Below, piece after piece: positions 57,634 through 64,000 of a stretch of DNA of 64,000 bases. Within the stretch, counting starts at the first letter, position 1. Each line of letters begins with the position of its first letter. The notes beneath the pieces were generated by a model. The model made no database searches. It was given only the letters and a program-made list of their open reading frames with translations, and had not been told where the DNA came from. The DNA comes from an uncultured Arcobacter sp. (lineage in GTDB: Bacteria > Campylobacterota > Campylobacteria > Campylobacterales > Arcobacteraceae): contig CBDLOJ010000007.1 in assembly GCA_965305115.1 (NCBI GenBank), positions 29,723 to 93,722 of the forward strand, read 5' to 3'. A program made the position numbers and the translations under genes.

Positions 57634-58821
57634 TTAGTGAAGGTCAGCGTTAAGTTTCACTTCTCTAGTAGATCTCATTGCAATTGTTTGACCAGTTGAT
57701 GAGTTAACTCTAAAGTGAACACCATTAACACCTAAGAAATCCATACCTTTCATTGAAGTAGAGATTTCTTTATCTGGGTTAATTTCTTTGATTGCTGCAA
57801 CAGCTTTTTCAGATAATGAGATTTTAGTTCCTGGTAAAATAGTTACACCAGCATCTAAGATACAAGAATCACCAATAGCAGTACCAGTACAAGAGTTAGC
57901 ACCTAATAAAGTGTTTGCTCCAATAGAAACAGGAACGCCATCAGTTCCTGAAAGAACACCAAGAATAGATGCTCCACCACCAACATCAGAACCAGCTCCA
58001 ACTACAGCAGAAGAAGAAATTCTTCCTTCAACCATAACAACACCTTCAGTACCAGCATTAAAGTTAATATATGCAGCACCAGGCATTACAGTTGTACCAG
58101 CAGCTAATTGTGCACCAAATCTAACTTTAGAAGTCTCTAAGATTCGTGTGTTATCAGCAGGGATTACGTGAGATAAGAATCTTGGGAATTTATCTACCAT
58201 TGTGATTTCTGGATATTTGTTTGCTAATTTAAGTGCAATTTCGTTTTCTCTTAACCAATCTAATTCAATTGGAGTAGATCCTGACCATGCACAATTATGT
58301 AATTTACCAAATACACCATCTAAGTTAAGGCTTCTTAATGGTGCTTTTCCAGATGAAAGTGCGTAAAGTTTTAAGTATGCAGTTTCAGCAGATTGTACTG
58401 GAGCATCTTCGAAAATAAATACTACTTTATAATCATCTGCAACAAGTCCAGACTCAATTGGTAAAGAAGCTAATTGTGAAATCACTTGAACATTTTTGTG
58501 CTCTTGACCTTTTGCTTCTGGAATGTATGGTCTAAATGACTCAATACAAGATGTTAAAAATACATCACTTAATGGACATACTAATTCAGATGCAGATGTA
58601 TCAATTGCAACACCAGCTTCTTTTAAAGCGTTTAAGAAAATTGCGGCACTTCCATTGTTTTCATTCCAGTTAACTACGGGGTATGTTGCTTGAAGTGTTT
58701 TTTCTGGGTTTAATTGTCCTCTGTCAATTCGAGCAATACCAAATCCGATTGGGTTTTTGTACCAATCTTGACCTTGAATATCACCAACTAGTTTTTTAAA
58801 TTCATCTTTTGTATAAATCAT
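57634..58821 (-). CDS. dapD: Tetrahydrodipicolinate N-succinyltransferase, long (Campylobacter-type) form
   Basis: 395-aa ORF with a C-terminal hexapeptide-repeat left-handed beta-helix. Its size and architecture match epsilonproteobacterial DapD. Confidence 0.8.
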   Translation of the reverse strand: MIYTKDEFKKLVGDIQGQDWYKNPIGFGIARIDRGQLNPEKTLQATYPVVNWNENNGSAAIFLNALKEAGVAIDTSASELVCPLSDVFLTSCIESFRPYIPEAKGQEHKNVQVISQLASLPIESGLVADDYKVVFIFEDAPVQSAETAYLKLYALSSGKAPLRSLNLDGVFGKLHNCAWSGSTPIELDWLRENEIALKLANKYPEITMVDKFPRFLSHVIPADNTRILETSKVRFGAQLAAGTTVMPGAAYINFNAGTEGVVMVEGRISSSAVVGAGSDVGGGASILGVLSGTDGVPVSIGANTLLGANSCTGTAIGDSCILDAGVTILPGTKISLSEKAVAAIKEINPDKEISTSMKGMDFLGVNGVHFRVNSSTGQTIAMRSTREVKLNADLH

Positions 58822-58920
58822 AATGTTTCCCTATTTAAAATTTTTGGGATTATACAATAATTTTCACTAAGAAAAGCTAAAATATATTTTGAAGTAAAGA
58901 ATAACTAAAAAAGCAACACG

Positions 58921-60765
58921 TTAATGCACATTATCCATATCAATCATAACATGTGCAGAATCAATATTATGAAGGGCTAAAAGCAGTGGTTTTACCTTGT
59001 TTGAACGCAAGATTATTTCATAACGATATTTATTGGCAAGTTTGAAAATAGCACACTCGCTAGAGCCTACGACTTCGATAGCTTCATTTTGTTGTAGTTG
59101 TAGTAAATACTTTTCCATCTCTTGTTTTGCTTTTAAACCATTGGTGTGGGCAAATAACACTTTAGCCATTTTGACATACGGTGGATAAGAGGCAATTTCT
59201 CGTGCTTCAAACTCATCTTTTAAAAAGCTTTCGTATTCATTTAAATAGTAGTCAAAAAAGTCTTTGTTTTGGGTTTGAATGATAACCTCACCCTCGCCTT
59301 TTCGTCCACTTCGTCCTGCAATTTGTATAAGTAACGATAAAGCACGTTCTCTCGCTTTGTACGAGTTCATATTTAATACTGAATCAATGCCTAATACAAC
59401 AGCTAGTTTAACATTATGATAATCGTGCCCTTTTGAAAGCATTTGAGTTCCTACTAAAATATCAATTTTGTTATTATTAAAATCATTTAAGATATCCCGT
59501 AGTTTTTTATCAGTTGTTACTTCATCCCTGTCAAATCGTTTGATGACTTTGTCGTGAAAGATTTCAGAAAGGCGGCTTTGTACTTCTGCGGTTCCTACAC
59601 GTAAATTATGAATAATTCCCGTTTCACATGAAGGACAGCTTTCTGGAATTTTTTGTGCATATCCACAGTAGTGACATTTAAGGGCTCGGCTATTTTTATG
59701 CAAACTCATGGAAACAGAACAGTATGGACACTCAACAGATTTACCACACGATGTACACACTTGATACTTAAAGTTTGCTCGGGTTGGTAAAAAAACAATC
59801 ACTTGATTGCCCTCATTTACTGTTGTTGCAATTTTGTTTAAAATACCTTGGCTTAGACTATCACTACTCTCATCATAAGAAACTGTTTTTTTAGTATTAA
59901 AATAGGTCTTCTCTAGCCTATAATATGGGACTTTATGAAAAGAAGTACTCGAAGGGGTTGCACTACCTAAGATGAGTTTAATATCTTTTTTCTTAGCAAT
60001 ATAAAGAGCTAAATCTTTTGTATGATAACGGGGTTTACTATCACTTTTATAGGACTCATCATGCTCTTCGTCAACAATAATGCAACCCAAGTTTTTAAAG
60101 GGTAAAAAGAGCGCTGAACGAGCTCCTGCAATTAGACGAATATCACCTTTAAGTAGTCCTTCAATGATAGTTTGTTTTTTCTTTTTAGTAATTTTTGAGT
60201 GCCAAATAGCCACACTGTGATTAAAAGCTTTTTCTAAACGTTTTTGCATTTGGGGAGTTAGGGAAATTTCTGGCATGAGTAACACTGCTTGCTCATCATT
60301 GTTTAAATGTTCTTCAATGGTTTTAATATAGATTTCCGTTTTACCAGAACCTGTATTTGCAAAGAGTAATGACTGCTCTTTTCGTTTACAAAAGTTAAAA
60401 GCCTCTTGTTGTTCTACTGAAAACTCGATTTGACTATCATATTGTTTATCATTTGTTTCATAAACCACTTCTTGGTTAAAAGGAGTGTAAATACTCAATG
60501 CTTCACCTAAAGAACAGACATAATATTGAGAGACAAACCTTGCAATCTCTAACATATCCTCAGAGTATATAAAGGGTGTCACATCATCAATAAGAATGCA
60601 TTTAAAAGTAGGTTCTTCCACACTTTTAATGATAACTGCATCAGATAACTTTTTACGACCTCGTAGTTGAACACCAACTAATTGTCCTACTTCTAAATTG
60701 TTATCACAACTGTAAGTTAAGTTTTGTAAGGGTGATTTTAAAAGAGATACTTCATAATAATTCAT
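58921..60765 (-). CDS. priA: Primosomal replication-restart helicase PriA
   Basis: 614-aa ORF with GSGKTE, DEEHD and the Cys-rich zinc insert CTSCG...CPYC...CHYCG...CPSC. Confidence 0.92.
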   Translation of the reverse strand: MNYYEVSLLKSPLQNLTYSCDNNLEVGQLVGVQLRGRKKLSDAVIIKSVEEPTFKCILIDDVTPFIYSEDMLEIARFVSQYYVCSLGEALSIYTPFNQEVVYETNDKQYDSQIEFSVEQQEAFNFCKRKEQSLLFANTGSGKTEIYIKTIEEHLNNDEQAVLLMPEISLTPQMQKRLEKAFNHSVAIWHSKITKKKKQTIIEGLLKGDIRLIAGARSALFLPFKNLGCIIVDEEHDESYKSDSKPRYHTKDLALYIAKKKDIKLILGSATPSSTSFHKVPYYRLEKTYFNTKKTVSYDESSDSLSQGILNKIATTVNEGNQVIVFLPTRANFKYQVCTSCGKSVECPYCSVSMSLHKNSRALKCHYCGYAQKIPESCPSCETGIIHNLRVGTAEVQSRLSEIFHDKVIKRFDRDEVTTDKKLRDILNDFNNNKIDILVGTQMLSKGHDYHNVKLAVVLGIDSVLNMNSYKARERALSLLIQIAGRSGRKGEGEVIIQTQNKDFFDYYLNEYESFLKDEFEAREIASYPPYVKMAKVLFAHTNGLKAKQEMEKYLLQLQQNEAIEVVGSSECAIFKLANKYRYEIILRSNKVKPLLLALHNIDSAHVMIDMDNVH

Positions 60766-61211
60766 TGATATAACTCTTTACATAATTTATTTTGAAAGTC
60801 ACACTCAAAGGTGCCTTTGTTTTGATCATAGTTAAAGGAAACACTGTTTGAGGATGTTAAATATATAGAATAGATTGTTTTAGACTCTTTTATCCATTTT
60901 GATAGCTCTTTTTGAGTATGCGAAGTGGAAAAGATTGGATAATCTAAAACATCATCAAAAAGTTTTTCATTGGCTATGTTTGAAAGTGCATCATCAAGCT
61001 TTGTTGGATACCTGTTTACATTGCCCAAAAGCAGTGATTGGTTATGTTTTTTGATAATTGCATTTCGTATCAAAGCAATATCACTTTTGATTTGCAAAAG
61101 ATGGGCTTTTTCTAAACTAAAAAAACTTTTATACACTGCAACACTGGCAATAATACTTATGATAAGCAAGACAACAAGTGTCTCTATAAAAGTAAAAGCT
61201 TTGAGGAACAT
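60762..61211 (-). CDS. Prepilin-type N-terminal cleavage/methylation-domain protein (pseudopilin-like)
   Basis: 149-aa ORF starting MFLKAFTFIETLVVLLIISIIASVA. Its stop overlaps the priA start by 4 nt. Confidence 0.7.
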   Translation of the reverse strand: MFLKAFTFIETLVVLLIISIIASVAVYKSFFSLEKAHLLQIKSDIALIRNAIIKKHNQSLLLGNVNRYPTKLDDALSNIANEKLFDDVLDYPIFSTSHTQKELSKWIKESKTIYSIYLTSSNSVSFNYDQNKGTFECDFQNKLCKELYQ

Positions 61212-61213
61212 TA

Positions 61214-61423
61214 CTATTGAGGAAGCTTGTTTGAGATGTTTTCAACTTCAACTTTAAAGTTATTAAACTCTTGGGTCATTCGTAAATATGCCAAAAGTAA
61301 CTCTTTTGTGGACATATTTCGATTGGTATCTAAATATTTTGTAATATCTTTTTCTAAAGATGCATCAATGTTAATACTATACGCCATATTGTTAATATGG
61401 AAAGTTAGATTTTTCTCACTCAC
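61214..61423 (-). CDS. Hypothetical small protein
   Basis: 69-aa ORF that overlaps the upstream ORF by 8 nt. Confidence 0.45.
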   Translation of the reverse strand: MSEKNLTFHINNMAYSINIDASLEKDITKYLDTNRNMSTKELLLAYLRMTQEFNNFKVEVENISNKLPQ

Positions 61424-61616
61424 TCTCTTTTGCCTTCATTAGCGTTAAGGTGCTATCAATTTTTAGTAACATATCTTGATTATGGCGTACAAGTTCATCA
61501 TTTTTATTTTTCAAAGCTTCAAGTTCCATTTTTAAAGCGCTGTTTTCAAATTTAGCTGTTTCATAATCTTGCATTAGTGTTTCAACTTGTGTATTCAATT
61601 TTTCAATTATTGTCAT
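61416..61616 (-). CDS. Small coiled-coil protein (ZapB-like composition)
   Basis: 66-aa ORF with heptad-like LKMELEALKNKNDELVRHNQDM. Confidence 0.45.
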   Translation of the reverse strand: MTIIEKLNTQVETLMQDYETAKFENSALKMELEALKNKNDELVRHNQDMLLKIDSTLTLMKAKESE

Positions 61617-61666
61617 GGCTTTATTTTATCAAAAATTAACACATATCAAACTTATTTATTATTATT

Positions 61667-63397
61667 TTGGTAAAATCACAAAAAAATCTGGAGCTTCTTT
61701 TGCGTATTTTATTGATTTGTAGTGCTTATAATGGATTAACTCAACGAGTTCATGATGAACTACTCTTACTTAATCATAACGTTTCCATTGAATTTGCACT
61801 CTCAAACAATCATATGAAAGAGGCAGTTGAACTGTTTCATCCAGAACTGATTATTTGTCCCTTTTTAAAAGAGAAAATCCCCAATCAGATTTGGCAAAAC
61901 TACAAATGTATTATTATTCATCCAGGAATCATAGGTGATCGTGGTCCCTCATCCCTTGATTGGGCAATACATGAAAACCAACAAGAGTGGGGAGTTACAG
62001 CTTTAGAGGCAGTAGAAGAGATGGATGCAGGAGATATTTGGGCAAATTTTAATTTTCCTATGAGAGATACTTTTAAAGCATCAATTTATAGAAAAGAGAT
62101 AACAAAAGCTGCTATTAAAAGCCTAAAAAAAGTTTTAGACAATGTACAAAAGAGTGATTTTAAACCTCAAAAACTTGACTATGAAAAAGAAGATGTCAAA
62201 GGTGAACTCAAACCCTTGATGCAACAACAACACCGAACCATCAATTGGCAAAAAGACCTCACAAAAACAATCATTCAAAAAATCAATGCAGCAGACTCTT
62301 TTCCAGGACTTCTTGACAGTATGTTTGATGAAGAGTTTTATCTTTACGGGGCGCATAAAGAAGACCAACTAAGGGATGAAACACCCGGTAAAATTATTGC
62401 AAGGCGACATGGAGCAATTTGTCGAGCAACTATTGATGGTGCAGTCTGGATTAGTCACTTAAAAGCTAAAAATAAAAACAGCTTCAAACTTCCTAGTGCC
62501 ACCCTACTCAAAGATAAACTCAAAGGTATTTTGGAAAATAGAATTCCGCTAGTACTTGAAGAAAACAGAGAAACATTTAAAGAGATATACTATAAAGAAA
62601 AAGATGAAGTAGGATATTTACATTTTAACTTTCACAACGGGGCTATGAGTATTGAGCAGTGCGTGCGACTTAAATATGCTTATGAAATGATTCGAGATTC
62701 AAAAGATATTCAAGTATTGGTACTCATGGGTGGTGATGATTTTTTCTCAAATGGAATTCATCTTAATATTATGGAAGATTCTAAAAAGAGCGATGAAGAT
62801 GGTTGGTCTAATATTCATGCTATGAATGATATCGTTCGAGAGATCATTCATACTCCTGATTTAATAACTGTTGCAAGTCTGAGTGCAAATGCAGGAGCTG
62901 GTGGTGCTATTATGGCACTGGCTTGTGATTATGTGGTGGCACGGCATGGAGTTATTTTAAATCCTCACTATAAAACCCTAGGCCTTCATGGAAGTGAGTA
63001 TTGGACATATCTTTTACCTAAACGTGTGGGAAAAGAGAAAGCCTATGAGTTAACCGAAACTTGCCTTCCTATTGGAGCTATTCGTGCCCAAGAGATGGGT
63101 TTAATTGATATCGTGTTTAATGAAGAGGATCACATTTATCAAGAAGAGTTGGAAAACTTTTGTCACTATCATGCCAATAAAGATGATTATTATGATTTTT
63201 TAGATAAAAAGCAAGAACAACGACAAAAAGATGAAAATATAAAACCATTAGAGTCATACCGGAATGAAGAGTTAGAACATATGTATAAATCTTTTTATGA
63301 AAAAGACTCGCTGTTTAATAAACTTCGTTGTGAATTTGTTTATAAAATAAAAGCAAAAGAGACTCCAAAACGTTTGGCAATTCACCGAAAAAAGTGA
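61667..63397 (+). CDS. hypX: HypX/HoxX-like hydrogenase maturation protein (formyltransferase plus crotonase fusion)
   Basis: 576-aa track ORF. A likelier start is TTG 61700, after GGAG (LRILLICSAYNGLTQR). The N-terminal half is formyl-transferase-like. The C-terminal half is enoyl-CoA hydratase-like (GGDDFFSNGIHLN...AGAGG). Confidence 0.7.
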   Translation: MVKSQKNLELLLRILLICSAYNGLTQRVHDELLLLNHNVSIEFALSNNHMKEAVELFHPELIICPFLKEKIPNQIWQNYKCIIIHPGIIGDRGPSSLDWAIHENQQEWGVTALEAVEEMDAGDIWANFNFPMRDTFKASIYRKEITKAAIKSLKKVLDNVQKSDFKPQKLDYEKEDVKGELKPLMQQQHRTINWQKDLTKTIIQKINAADSFPGLLDSMFDEEFYLYGAHKEDQLRDETPGKIIARRHGAICRATIDGAVWISHLKAKNKNSFKLPSATLLKDKLKGILENRIPLVLEENRETFKEIYYKEKDEVGYLHFNFHNGAMSIEQCVRLKYAYEMIRDSKDIQVLVLMGGDDFFSNGIHLNIMEDSKKSDEDGWSNIHAMNDIVREIIHTPDLITVASLSANAGAGGAIMALACDYVVARHGVILNPHYKTLGLHGSEYWTYLLPKRVGKEKAYELTETCLPIGAIRAQEMGLIDIVFNEEDHIYQEELENFCHYHANKDDYYDFLDKKQEQRQKDENIKPLESYRNEELEHMYKSFYEKDSLFNKLRCEFVYKIKAKETPKRLAIHRKK

Positions 63398-63441
63398 TAT
63401 ACTTAAGTTAATTAATATCCAATTCATCCAAGGAGTTCATT

Positions 63442-63813
63442 ATGAGTATTACTTTACATTCTATTACCATTCCTTGTGCAGATAAGGTTATTGCTACACA
63501 CTTTTATTCCAGAGTTTTTGGTTTTCCGGCTATTGGAAAACATGGTAAAACAATTCGTATACAAGTTAACGAAACATCATTTATTGATTTTAAAGCGTGT
63601 GAAAGTTTTAATGTTGAACAGTATAGTTTCAAAGTCGATGATAAACTCTTTGATGCAATACTTGAAAATATAAAAAAAGAGAAGTTAATATTTGGAAGTG
63701 ATTTAGAAGAGTTAGAAAATAGACAACTTAATAGTTGGCATGGTGGTCGAGGTCTGTTTTTTAGAGACCCCAACGGTCATATTATCGAGTTACTCACTAA
63801 AAGTACTCTATAA
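63442..63813 (+). CDS. VOC/glyoxalase-family protein
   Basis: 123-aa ORF with a beta-alpha-beta-beta-beta pattern and FRDPNGHIIEL near the C-terminus. Confidence 0.65.
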   Translation: MSITLHSITIPCADKVIATHFYSRVFGFPAIGKHGKTIRIQVNETSFIDFKACESFNVEQYSFKVDDKLFDAILENIKKEKLIFGSDLEELENRQLNSWHGGRGLFFRDPNGHIIELLTKSTL

Positions 63814-63814
63814 G

Positions 63815-64000
63815 TTACTCAATAAAGTTTTTACCCTGTTCATACAATGCAGAAACTGCTTTTCCCCATGCTGAAAAGTTTTTTAATTCTTTATCTTCAA
63901 GCTTAAAATGGTTAATTATTTCTGTTGTTAATTCGGCCTCTTTTAAATCAAACTTATCATCAATATGTACTAAAATCATTAATTCTAGAACTACAATCTT
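63815..64000 (-). CDS. Hypothetical protein, 3' end only (5' end outside window)
   Basis: The reverse frame is open to the window edge. It reads ...KIVVLELMILVHIDDKFDLKEAELTTEIINHFKLEDKELKNFSAWGKAVSALYEQGKNFIE* and is faintly TerB-like. Confidence 0.5.
   Translation of the reverse strand, partial: KIVVLELMILVHIDDKFDLKEAELTTEIINHFKLEDKELKNFSAWGKAVSALYEQGKNFIE

Overview
This is a strongly AT-rich chromosomal segment. Its gene content and order are typical of Campylobacterota and look most like an Arcobacter-group (Arcobacteraceae) genome. That placement is inferred from several observations: the flpA-like/trmB/ftsEX/envC block, a long-form dapD, the rpmJ-rpsM-rpsK-rpsD-rpoA-rplQ cluster, histidine kinases with an HQWRQPL H-box, and TTTTTTTG-type extended -10 promoters. 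The right two thirds (about 20-64 kb) are mostly housekeeping genes: guaB, gatA, the ribosomal/rpoA cluster, leuBD, rpoD, hemL, speB, rodA, rluD, trmB, ftsEX-envC, dapD and priA. Signalling genes are interspersed among them: three sensor kinases, one single-domain receiver, one REC-HD-GYP regulator, one intact GGDEF cyclase and one decayed one. The left third (1-20 kb) is more accessory. It holds small hypothetical genes, cupins, VOC proteins, a CatB-type acetyltransferase, a duplicated small-membrane-protein pair and several unusual non-coding features. I found no rRNA, tRNA, CRISPR array, transposase or integrase. The signals I consider most worth follow-up are listed below.
1. A structured intergenic element of about 140 nt occurs twice, abutting the stop codons of guaB and dapD. 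The two copies share a core, and each has complementary flanking arms of different sequence.
2. A same-strand array of TCATTTTGA boxes sits next to, and once inside, a small Lys-rich HTH gene.
3. A solute-symporter-fused histidine kinase has a translationally coupled mini-ORF and a divergent REC-HD-GYP regulator.
4. Two operator-like palindrome families each occur at two promoters (TTGAC-N6-GTCAA and TTAGATTAATCTAA).
5. A (TGAATAG)6 microsatellite starts at the stop codon of a mini-ORF.
No complete, obviously novel multi-gene system such as a defence island is supported by what I can read. All functional calls rest on motif recognition by eye, not on database searches.
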